A DNA stretch of 64,000 bases from Eubacteriales bacterium (GTDB lineage: Bacteria; Bacillota; Clostridia; Oscillospirales; CAG-272), in NCBI GenBank assembly GCA_045580085.1, contig JAZNND010000014.1:9498-73497 (forward strand), written 5' to 3'. A model generated the notes under the pieces. That model searched no databases. It saw only the letters and a list, made by a program, of their open reading frames with translations, and was not told the DNA's origin. Below, piece after piece: positions 55,732 through 64,000 of the stretch (its first letter is position 1; each line of letters starts with the position of its first letter). Position numbers and translations under genes: made by a program.

Positions 55732-58700
55732 ATGAAATTTGGCAAAAGACTTTTGTCTTTGTTGCTTTGCTTGGTTTGCCTTGCTTCCACGCTGCTTGTC
55801 GCTTTGCCCGCGGAGGCAGCCGAGGAACCTCTTTCCGCTTCGCAAACAAGCACGCAAGGCTATACCAAGAAAAAAGTGGTATCGGTGCTTTACGATACGT
55901 CAGGTTCCATGCAGGCTGAGCAACGTGCGGAATACGCTCGCTACGCCTCTCAGACCTTGATGGCGATGCTCGGCTCCGAGGATAAGCTTTTCTTCATGCC
56001 GATGCACCAAAGAAGGAATGTCGGTTCCGCTGTTGCCATCGACCAGTCCAACTATAACAAAGCAGGCGTTTACGAAGAAGTCGTTTTGACCGATCCGAAC
56101 GGCCGCGAGGCGGCAATCTCCGATGCCTTGAACAATATTATGTTCTCGCCGATGCCGAACGGCGGCGATACGCCCGTGAGCAGTATCGAGTGGGCATTAC
56201 AGCATTTGCTTGACGCCGGAATGAAAAAGACTGACGAGATCAAAGCCGGCGAAGAGGGCGATACCGAATATTTCCTTGTGATTTTGACGGACGGTGCCTT
56301 TGAAGATGAAACCAATCCGGACCGAGTCGCTTCCATGGTTTCGCGCTATGTAAAGCCTGCCGATTATGACTCGTACCGTTGCATCTATCTCGGGTTCAGT
56401 TCCGGTGCCGTTGATTTGACCGGAACCGATTTTGATACCGAAAACGGCAATGTAACAACGCGAAAAGCGGAAACGCCTGCGGACGTTATCAAGAGTATGC
56501 AAGACGTTGCCAACCTTATTTCCGGCAGATATTCCATCGAATCCGCACGTTTCAGCCGTTCGGGCAACACGGTTACGGTAGATCTTGACGGCGTGGGCTA
56601 CGGCTTGCGCTCGGTTTCCATGTTGCTGCAAAACAGCGATGCCAAGCTCTTGCGCTCCTATTACGGCGGTGAAGAGCTCACCGTCACCCAGCGTGCCTCT
56701 TTCTCGGCGGACGGATTGCCGACCATGAAGGGCGGATCCTCTGCCGTTCTCAAAAGACGGGATGCCGATATGAATTTCTCCCAAGGCACTTTGACGCTTG
56801 AGTTCGACGCTTTGACGGATAAGGATTTGGAGGGGCTTTCCATCCTGCTTGAACCCGCGCTTTCTTTGCGCGCGTACGCAACGCACAAAGGCGAAATCGT
56901 CGATGCCGCCGCGATCACGAAACTAAAAGCGGGCGATGAGCTGGTGATCGGATATGAACTTTTGGAAGAGGGAAGCAATGAGGGAGTTACCATCCCGGGA
57001 ACACCTTTGGCGGAAATCACCTATAACAACGAAAAGTACGAGGTGGGAAAACCCATTCCGCTGGTAGAGGGAAAGCTGGCGATTTCGTTGACCGTCAGCA
57101 TTTTGAACGGCTCTTATACGCTGTATACCTCGCTGTTCTGTAATGTACGAGCCAATCCCGACAGCTTCCGCATAGAAGCCGAAAAACCGGTTTTGGAGCC
57201 CAACGCGTCGCATAAAAGCAAAACGCTGTTTACCATCACTGACGGTGAGAAGATCACGACCAATCTCGCGCTTTCGACCTATGATTACGATGTTGCCGTG
57301 ACGATGGCGGACGGTACACCTCTTCCGTCCTCCGTTTATTCGGTTGCTCCCGAGAACGGTAAGATCGCGGTTTCTTTGAACTTAGATCCCGAGGAATATG
57401 AGTACGGTGTCTTTTCCATCTACGTGTTGGTGTATAAGGACGGAGCACCTCGCGATTGCACTGCGAGCGTGCCTTACTATCCAGCCGACGTGTTGCTTTC
57501 TCCCGTAGGGGACAATAGTCTTTCCATGACGCTTTACGGACTTTCGCAAAACGCACAAATCGGGAAAAAACTGATCTTCGCGCTCTCCGCCGAGGGGCGG
57601 CCGCTTCCGTTCGGTGAGGAGGTTTTGAAATACAAGGTCACCTTGAACGGCGCGGATGTCACCGCCGCATGCTTGGTGGAAGGAAATAACTTAAGCTTCT
57701 TGCCGACGGCGGAAACGCTCGGAAGCTTCGGCACGGCAACGGGCGAAGGTAAGCTTCAGATCAAGGTTTACTCAGATATCGCCACCTACATCAATGCTTC
57801 GGCAGAGGCGAGCATCACCTTGACCGAAACTGTTTTCGAGGTTGTTCCCGTCAGCAAAGACAAAGATCCCATTGACCGTTTTGCGCTTGGAAAAAACCAA
57901 TCGTCGGTTCGCTTTGCGATCTACAGAGACGGCGCACCCTTAAGCGAGGAAGAGTTAAAATACGCTTTGGATAACGGACTCTTCACGGTAGACGAGTCTG
58001 CTTACGGCGCAAACGGATTTACCCGTTTTATCACCCCGATCGGCGGTGAGACTACGGTGGAGACGGTGGACGGTGTTCCCGTGATCCGCATCCGTATCGT
58101 TCCCGATCAGTGGGGTATCTTCCGTTTCTTCACCTCCATGTTCATCCGTGGCGGGGATAAAACGGTGAATGTAAAGTATCAGTCCGATTCGGGTGAAAAG
58201 CTCGGTCAGGACATCTACACCATCGCACCCGCGGGTGCTTTCGGGTATATTCTTCGCATTGCCATTTTGATCGCGATCATTTATTTGATCATCTTTGCTA
58301 TCGAGAGCTTGCGTTGCATTCGCTTTGAAAAGGGAAGCTTCGTGAAAATGAAGATCGAAACGCAAGGCAAGAGCAAGGGTAAAGTCGCACGTGTGCAAAG
58401 CATCAAACACGTGGGCGGATTCCCGAAAAATTTGATGCTCGGACGCTTGGTGCCGATCATCGGTTTGAAGAGACGCACGCAAGAAACCTCCTTTGAAGGC
58501 AATCGCGTGGATGCTGAAAAATACGCAATGACGCTTCCCGCAAGCGTAAAGATGCAGATCCGTCCGCAGTCGGATGAAAAAACCGTCAGCTGCATGAATG
58601 AGATCAGAACCAAGGTGCGCGAGGCGCATCGCACGGGCAGTGTCAGCATTGCCAAGATTTCCGAAGCGCATGCTCAGCTCTTCTGGGAAAGCGAGTCTCT

Positions 58701-58809
58701 TGATATTAAGACCATCAAGACCGCGCAACTGAAATCCGGTATCTTCATCGTCTCGAAGGAATCCGACGATTTCATTGAAGTTATTTTCTACGTGCCCTTT
58801 GGCAGATAA
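55732..58809 (+). CDS. Large membrane-anchored vWA-domain protein
   Basis: Signal peptide and MIDAS motif 'YDTSGSM...GDTP...ILTDG'. Beta-rich stalk, TM 'ILRIAILIAIIYLIIFAI', then a ~165-aa cytoplasmic tail. Confidence 0.85.
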   Translation: MKFGKRLLSLLLCLVCLASTLLVALPAEAAEEPLSASQTSTQGYTKKKVVSVLYDTSGSMQAEQRAEYARYASQTLMAMLGSEDKLFFMPMHQRRNVGSAVAIDQSNYNKAGVYEEVVLTDPNGREAAISDALNNIMFSPMPNGGDTPVSSIEWALQHLLDAGMKKTDEIKAGEEGDTEYFLVILTDGAFEDETNPDRVASMVSRYVKPADYDSYRCIYLGFSSGAVDLTGTDFDTENGNVTTRKAETPADVIKSMQDVANLISGRYSIESARFSRSGNTVTVDLDGVGYGLRSVSMLLQNSDAKLLRSYYGGEELTVTQRASFSADGLPTMKGGSSAVLKRRDADMNFSQGTLTLEFDALTDKDLEGLSILLEPALSLRAYATHKGEIVDAAAITKLKAGDELVIGYELLEEGSNEGVTIPGTPLAEITYNNEKYEVGKPIPLVEGKLAISLTVSILNGSYTLYTSLFCNVRANPDSFRIEAEKPVLEPNASHKSKTLFTITDGEKITTNLALSTYDYDVAVTMADGTPLPSSVYSVAPENGKIAVSLNLDPEEYEYGVFSIYVLVYKDGAPRDCTASVPYYPADVLLSPVGDNSLSMTLYGLSQNAQIGKKLIFALSAEGRPLPFGEEVLKYKVTLNGADVTAACLVEGNNLSFLPTAETLGSFGTATGEGKLQIKVYSDIATYINASAEASITLTETVFEVVPVSKDKDPIDRFALGKNQSSVRFAIYRDGAPLSEEELKYALDNGLFTVDESAYGANGFTRFITPIGGETTVETVDGVPVIRIRIVPDQWGIFRFFTSMFIRGGDKTVNVKYQSDSGEKLGQDIYTIAPAGAFGYILRIAILIAIIYLIIFAIESLRCIRFEKGSFVKMKIETQGKSKGKVARVQSIKHVGGFPKNLMLGRLVPIIGLKRRTQETSFEGNRVDAEKYAMTLPASVKMQIRPQSDEKTVSCMNEIRTKVREAHRTGSVSIAKISEAHAQLFWESESLDIKTIKTAQLKSGIFIVSKESDDFIEVIFYVPFGR

Positions 58810-58873
58810 AAAACGGTAGTGCTGCCGCGCCTTGCGGCGGCTCTGCCCTCCATTCTCCGAAAGGAAAAATATT

Positions 58874-61800
58874 ATGAAAAGCATACTTTTGATCGGTGTC
58901 GGCGGAACCGGCAGTGCCGCCGTCGATATCCTCTATCAAAAAATCAAAGAATTCGGCAATCAGACCGATAACCACATTTCCGCCGTTGTGTTCGATACCG
59001 ATGTCGGCAGTGTGACGACCATTCGCTCCGCTGAGGCTGTCAGCATGGCGGATCCCGCTTCGGTCGGAACCATTTGCGACCGTATCGGCAAAGAATTTTT
59101 GCGCGAGTGGTTCCCTTGCGATAAAACGGCGGTCCGTTCGCAAGAGATGGTGCGCGGTGCCTCCCAATGGCGTAAAAAGTCCTTCCTTGCCTTTCTCAAT
59201 CTCATGAATAAGCAGGAAGCGCGTACCGCCTTCCACCGTGCCCTTGATTCCGTGGCAATTGCGGAACCCGGTGCGGCATGCGAGATCTATGTCATCGCAT
59301 CCATTGCGGGCGGCACGGGCTCGGGATCCTTTATTCCGATCTCGCTTTATGCGCGCCGCTATATCCGCGAGTTGGGCAAAGAGCCCATCGTCAGCGCGAT
59401 GATCGCGTGCCCCGATATTTATGCCGAAAGTCAAACTCCCGAAAACCGCATCAAGATCTATGCCAACGCATATGCTATCTTAAGAGAGCTGAATGCCATC
59501 AACTTAGTCACCAATAACGACTATAACCGCGTATGCCTTGACAATTATCTTGAGAAAAAAGCACCCGTCCGTTTCCGCATCGGTCACCCCGATGAACCCA
59601 ATGTCGGCGTCCTTTTCGATGCCTCGGACGAGCGTTTCTGGACGCCCGATGCCGCCCCCTTCTCGCAGGTCTTTATCCTCGATAAGATTCCGGGCGTGCA
59701 TTCGGTACATGCGCATGAAATCGTGCTTGCCAACTCTCTTTATACCATTCTTTGCACCGATATCGGTGCGGCGATGGACAGTGAAGCATCCAACCACGTG
59801 GTTCTTCACTCCCAAAACAACGGCGGCAACGCGATCTATGCAGGCATTTCCACCGCCCAGCTTTGCTTCCCCGCGGACAGTATTTTGAACTATTTGGCAC
59901 ACAAAAAAGCCATTGCCGCGTGTGAGGGCGAATGGCTGACGCTCCATAACGCGACCGAGGAGCGTGTGCATGAAGAAGAGCTCCGCGCAAAGGAAATGCG
60001 CCGTCAGTTCTTTATGAAGGATGGCGATTACGCGAAGTTTTTCCTTGCCGCCTTGAAGGCGGAAGAGGGCAATGCCACCAGCAGTGTTGCCTCTTTGGTG
60101 GAAAGATGTACCTATCGCACCGATAGTGAAGGCAATAAATTCAGCCTTATCGAAGAATATTTCGAGTCCATGATGGAAGAGCTTGCCGCGCGCATTGAAC
60201 CGTACGACAAGCAGAAAGATGAAATCGAAAGCCTGTCTGTGGTGGAGAAGCCCGGTCTTTTCGGCGCAAACGAAGCTAAGACAAAAGTGCTTAATATGGC
60301 GGATGAGATCAATTACGAACTTCGCTCCTATTTTGCAACTTGCGTGCGTTCGGTTTGCGATTCCGCTACCGGTCTTGCCGAGGCTATGCTGACCTTTGAC
60401 GAGCGCAAGGATAAACGCGCCAACCGCAAGCTTTCCATTGTGGAAAACGTCTTGATGCGCGACGGTAAATACATTCACCCCGTTGCCGCAGAGACACAGC
60501 TTTGCCGTTTGAAGCTTTTGCTTCACGAGTTCCTTGAAGTGAACAGATCCTCTCTTTGGAAGGAACTTAAGACGGGCGAGGCGGGTGCTGTGCCGACTTC
60601 TTTGCTTTCTATGCGTGAGACTCCTTCGATTGAGGACAAGAGCGTTAACGAGAGAAAGAGCGCGTATTGCAAGATGGCGGATGGCCGCCTTTCGGGCATT
60701 CTTTTGCAAAGAGAAGATTATATGAAACAGCGTACCTGTCCGCACAGTGACAGCGTATATCTCCGCGCCGACGGCGTTTCCGCCTTGAACCGTATCCGTT
60801 CCGCCGCGGAAAAGCAAATTCAAACCAAGGTCCTTGAGGAGATCGATAAGAGACTCAATGATCTTATCGCGCAATACCGCGCCTTCTTTACGCGCTTTGC
60901 CGCCGCCAAGACCGATTTTGAAGAAGCCGTCAAAACCGCGCACAGACGTGACGCAGGCAGAGCAGACAGCGTGCTCAACATTTATTCCACCGCGGCAGAT
61001 AAAGATGCCATCATGAAACAAGTTTTGGGCGATTCGGGTGCCGATAGCTTGGAAGATGTTTTGGAAGCGGATCATATCGCCGGTGAAAGCATTTTCGAGA
61101 CCGCGTATATTTCCGCCGCTATGGAACGCAACAACGAAGGCAGACCTTCCCTCGGCAATGTGTACCGTAATCTCTTTGAGAATATGGTTGCTTCCTATCG
61201 CAAGACCATCGCCAAATCAACGGCATATCAGTCCATCGGAAGCTGTAACGTCATCGATGCCATTATTCGCTCCGCGGGTAAACAGGCGGAGACAAACGAT
61301 GTCAAAGCGACCGTACGCGCTATGTTCGCCGCCGCCATGGAGATCGCGAAGCCTGCTTTGCAGGTGGATATGACCGAAAAGGGCAGTGACGTAATCAAGC
61401 CTTCGGACGTTACCGTTGTGATGATGTCTTATGAGACAGCCAAGTACATAAAATCCCGTGCCGATCTCTTCGGTATCAAAGTGACCGACGGTGTCAGTGA
61501 GGAAAAGATCGTTAAGAGCTGTGCCGAAGAATTCGTGCATATTTATTCGGGCAACTACCAAGCAAGAATCGCTCTTGTCCGCGGTATTCCCGATCAGATC
61601 CTTTACATCACGGGCGAAAAGATGGATATCACGCCCTTGCGCATTCCCAAGTTTGACGAGATGAGCGCGAATCCTCTGTATTTCAAGAACTATCAAAAGG
61701 CACTTTCCAATCTGCGCCGTTTTGATACCGATATGTGGAATCCTCATCTCGGCAACGATCTTTACAAGCGCGGTTTCCTTCCTTATATGAATGCCGACAT

Positions 61801-62656
61801 GGAAAAGATCTGCGATGAAAAGCTCGTCAAAGCCATGCTTTACGGTATCGTGAAGAAAAAGATTATTCTTAAAAAAGGAAAGAGCGCGTCTTATACTGCC
61901 TTCCGCTATTTGAATGAGGTAGGCAATGAGAGCATCATTTTGACCGCAAACGGCGACCACGTCAATATGAAAAACGTAGCCGAGCTCTTTACTTGGTTGC
62001 GCAATGAAGATATCCTGATTGAAAAATGGAGCGAAGCGTTTGACGGTGAAATTACCGTGGCAAAGGGCAACCTTTCCAACATCGTCAGCGAAAGCGACGT
62101 CGGACGCGTCAGCGGCGAGATCACCCGTTCCTCCTTTATCAAGACCTTGCGTTCCGGCTTGTTTGCCGGCAATATGGCAAAGGATTCGAAGGGCATCGGT
62201 ATCATTGAGTTTGCATATGCGGTCAAGGCGAGCGAAGAGGCTGCACGAGACTGTGATGATGCGGACAGAATGCTTAAGATCACAAGCGATCTCTTCAAAG
62301 AAATCTGCCGCCATAAGACCACCAATCCCGAGCACTATGTGGTGATCTATAAGGCACAGCTTGATGCGCTCTATGAAGCGTATGCTTCTTCCTATGCCGT
62401 GCAAAAGGAAAAATCCAGCAAAGAACCTTACTTCAACCGTGTTGTTGAGTGGGTGAACAGCATTGGTGCATATTGCCAAGTGCAAGAAGTGCGCGGCATC
62501 AATCCCGACGGCAGTATCAACTATACCGCTTATGAAGCATCTGCCGACGTGCTCAAGCTCTTGAAATACGATCCCGCAACCGCATCGGATCTTGGTGCGG
62601 AAGAGGCAAGCGGCGACGGCGAACTTTACGACGACGACACGACCGATACCGAATAA
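58874..62656 (+). CDS. Tubulin/FtsZ-like GTPase (Tubulin_2-type) with a long helical C-terminal region
   Basis: T1 loop 'LIGVGGTG', 'FDTD', tubulin signature 'SIAGGTGSG', 'ANAYAILREL'. Confidence 0.88.
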   Translation: MKSILLIGVGGTGSAAVDILYQKIKEFGNQTDNHISAVVFDTDVGSVTTIRSAEAVSMADPASVGTICDRIGKEFLREWFPCDKTAVRSQEMVRGASQWRKKSFLAFLNLMNKQEARTAFHRALDSVAIAEPGAACEIYVIASIAGGTGSGSFIPISLYARRYIRELGKEPIVSAMIACPDIYAESQTPENRIKIYANAYAILRELNAINLVTNNDYNRVCLDNYLEKKAPVRFRIGHPDEPNVGVLFDASDERFWTPDAAPFSQVFILDKIPGVHSVHAHEIVLANSLYTILCTDIGAAMDSEASNHVVLHSQNNGGNAIYAGISTAQLCFPADSILNYLAHKKAIAACEGEWLTLHNATEERVHEEELRAKEMRRQFFMKDGDYAKFFLAALKAEEGNATSSVASLVERCTYRTDSEGNKFSLIEEYFESMMEELAARIEPYDKQKDEIESLSVVEKPGLFGANEAKTKVLNMADEINYELRSYFATCVRSVCDSATGLAEAMLTFDERKDKRANRKLSIVENVLMRDGKYIHPVAAETQLCRLKLLLHEFLEVNRSSLWKELKTGEAGAVPTSLLSMRETPSIEDKSVNERKSAYCKMADGRLSGILLQREDYMKQRTCPHSDSVYLRADGVSALNRIRSAAEKQIQTKVLEEIDKRLNDLIAQYRAFFTRFAAAKTDFEEAVKTAHRRDAGRADSVLNIYSTAADKDAIMKQVLGDSGADSLEDVLEADHIAGESIFETAYISAAMERNNEGRPSLGNVYRNLFENMVASYRKTIAKSTAYQSIGSCNVIDAIIRSAGKQAETNDVKATVRAMFAAAMEIAKPALQVDMTEKGSDVIKPSDVTVVMMSYETAKYIKSRADLFGIKVTDGVSEEKIVKSCAEEFVHIYSGNYQARIALVRGIPDQILYITGEKMDITPLRIPKFDEMSANPLYFKNYQKALSNLRRFDTDMWNPHLGNDLYKRGFLPYMNADMEKICDEKLVKAMLYGIVKKKIILKKGKSASYTAFRYLNEVGNESIILTANGDHVNMKNVAELFTWLRNEDILIEKWSEAFDGEITVAKGNLSNIVSESDVGRVSGEITRSSFIKTLRSGLFAGNMAKDSKGIGIIEFAYAVKASEEAARDCDDADRMLKITSDLFKEICRHKTTNPEHYVVIYKAQLDALYEAYASSYAVQKEKSSKEPYFNRVVEWVNSIGAYCQVQEVRGINPDGSINYTAYEASADVLKLLKYDPATASDLGAEEASGDGELYDDDTTDTE

Positions 62657-62677
62657 TATAATAAGGAGAGTTTTCTT

Positions 62678-64000
62678 GTGAAAAGAGTACTCGTCATCGG
62701 TGTCGGCGGTATGGGGGTTCGCGCGCTTGAGCTGTTTAAGCAGTTATGTATGCGTGATCCGCCAAGCGAGGCGTCTTGCGTGGAAACGTTGGTGCTTGAT
62801 GGCGATCCTACCGATTTGGAACGGGTTCGCCATGCCACCGTTTTGCCGCTTTCCGCTTCCCAAAATCTCGGTGAAGCTTGCGACGCGCTCGGACAAGAGA
62901 TGTTAGAAGGATGGTTTCCTTACCGTGAACCTTCTCTTCGCGCTTGCGACTTACGCCGTTCTTTTGGGCTATGGCGAAAAAAAGCATTGTTTGATTTTCT
63001 CTTTGCCATGCAAAACGGCGCAAACCGTGCGCAAGTTGATGCCGTGTTAGATCGCCTTTGCGAGGGCGATGCGGACGGCAAGGCAAGATATGAGATTTGT
63101 ACCGTAGCTTCTTTGGCGGGCGGTACGGGCTCGGGAGCTTTTCTTCCCGTGACGCTTTATGTAAAAAAATGTCTTGCGCAAAGGGGCAAAAAAGACGTTC
63201 ATGCTTATGCGGCACTCGCGCTCCCGGAGATTTATGCGGAATATGCGCTTGGTAGTATGCAAAATCAGTTTTACGCCAACGCTTACGCCGCTTTGACCGA
63301 GCTTAACATCATGACACGGACCGCGCATGGTGAAAAAACGCCCGCGTTTCGTTTGGGAAAAAGCAAAGATCCGTTTGTCGGTTTGCTGTTCGACAGTGAG
63401 GATGCTTCGTTTCGAACACCCTCCGCCGCCCCTTTCTCTTGTGTGTTTTTGTTAGACAAAGCAGCCTCTCGCGCCATTGATCTTCACGCGAGAAGCTTAA
63501 GTAATTTTCTCTATTCCTTCTTTTGTACTCCCATATTCCACTCCTTTGAGAGTGAGCTTTCCAACCGTTCTTCGCGCTTTGCGCGCCGTATTCCGTTTGT
63601 AAAAATCGCTGCGGCGATTGCATATGATCCGGCGGACGGTCTTATGGAAAAACTTTCCCATGTGATTGCGGGCGAAGAGCTTGAAAGCGTGTTCTCTCAA
63701 GAGGATGGGATGGCGGGGGAGAAATGTGAATCTCTTTTGCGCGAATACTTCGGTGACTTTGCCAAGAAAGCGGAAAAGATTCTCCCCGATTTGAGCGCGG
63801 TGAGGGATAAGCTTTGTGCCTTGCCCGTTTGCCGTGCGTACCGCTTATTTGATTCCCACCGCGCAAAAGCCGAAAAAAATGAGCAGGTGGCGGATCGGTA
63901 TCGGGAATGCGTGGATACCGTAGACAGGTATTACCGCATATTTACCGAGCTTCTGTCCGAACATGCGCGAGTACTTGTAAAAGAAATGCTCCCGCATGAT
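62678..64000 (+). CDS. Second tubulin/FtsZ-like protein, divergent paralog; 3' end outside window
   Basis: RBS AAGGAG and GTG at 62678. Frame open for 441 codons to the window end: 'VIGVGGMG', 'GWFPY', 'SLAGGTGSG', 'ANAYAALTEL'. Absent from the ORF track because it has no stop codon in the window. Confidence 0.85.
   Translation, partial: MKRVLVIGVGGMGVRALELFKQLCMRDPPSEASCVETLVLDGDPTDLERVRHATVLPLSASQNLGEACDALGQEMLEGWFPYREPSLRACDLRRSFGLWRKKALFDFLFAMQNGANRAQVDAVLDRLCEGDADGKARYEICTVASLAGGTGSGAFLPVTLYVKKCLAQRGKKDVHAYAALALPEIYAEYALGSMQNQFYANAYAALTELNIMTRTAHGEKTPAFRLGKSKDPFVGLLFDSEDASFRTPSAAPFSCVFLLDKAASRAIDLHARSLSNFLYSFFCTPIFHSFESELSNRSSRFARRIPFVKIAAAIAYDPADGLMEKLSHVIAGEELESVFSQEDGMAGEKCESLLREYFGDFAKKAEKILPDLSAVRDKLCALPVCRAYRLFDSHRAKAEKNEQVADRYRECVDTVDRYYRIFTELLSEHARVLVKEMLPHD

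Noticed and set aside
58874-62656. Calling this gene ftsZ
   Set aside because: About three times the length of FtsZ, lacks the FtsZ T7 loop (NxDFAD) motif, and is not in a dcw cluster.
1-64000. CRISPR arrays, rRNA/tRNA genes, transposases, integrases, prophage genes
   Set aside because: No regularly spaced repeats or diagnostic motifs were seen on manual reading.

Overview
Chromosomal window from a Clostridia-like (Bacillota) bacterium, judged from its sigma-A promoters, T-box riboswitches and SleB-like hydrolase. Reading left to right: (1) the 3' part of dnaJ, a cell-wall hydrolase, an APRT-like phosphoribosyltransferase and an LRR surface lipoprotein (1-4.5 kb). (2) A long carbohydrate-catabolism region with an MFS transporter, TIM-barrel epimerase, beta-helix protein, SDR, GH106-like, two FAD oxidoreductases, three AraC regulators, GH57 and GH38. 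It is interrupted by a ~2.1 kb tandem duplication carrying two lipoproteins with a shared leader and divergent bodies. (3) A LytTR/DUF3021 pair. (4) An ECF sigma/anti-sigma island with a large secreted ricin/papain-like protease protein and a candidate invertible promoter. (5) The main finding, at 38.3-53.1 kb: a cluster that appears to make Leu/Ile/Val from branched short-chain fatty acids. It has three acyl-CoA synthetases, each behind a different amino-acid sensor (a Leu leader-peptide attenuator, an Ile T-box and a Val T-box), a catalytically degenerate LeuA, a P-loop ATPase, a 2-oxoisovalerate:ferredoxin oxidoreductase and ilvE. (6) metY-metA. (7) A membrane-anchored vWA protein followed by two tandem tubulin/FtsZ-like GTPase genes, the second running off the window end. 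No rRNA, tRNA, CRISPR array or transposase was recognised. All family assignments come from reading motifs by eye; no database searches were run.
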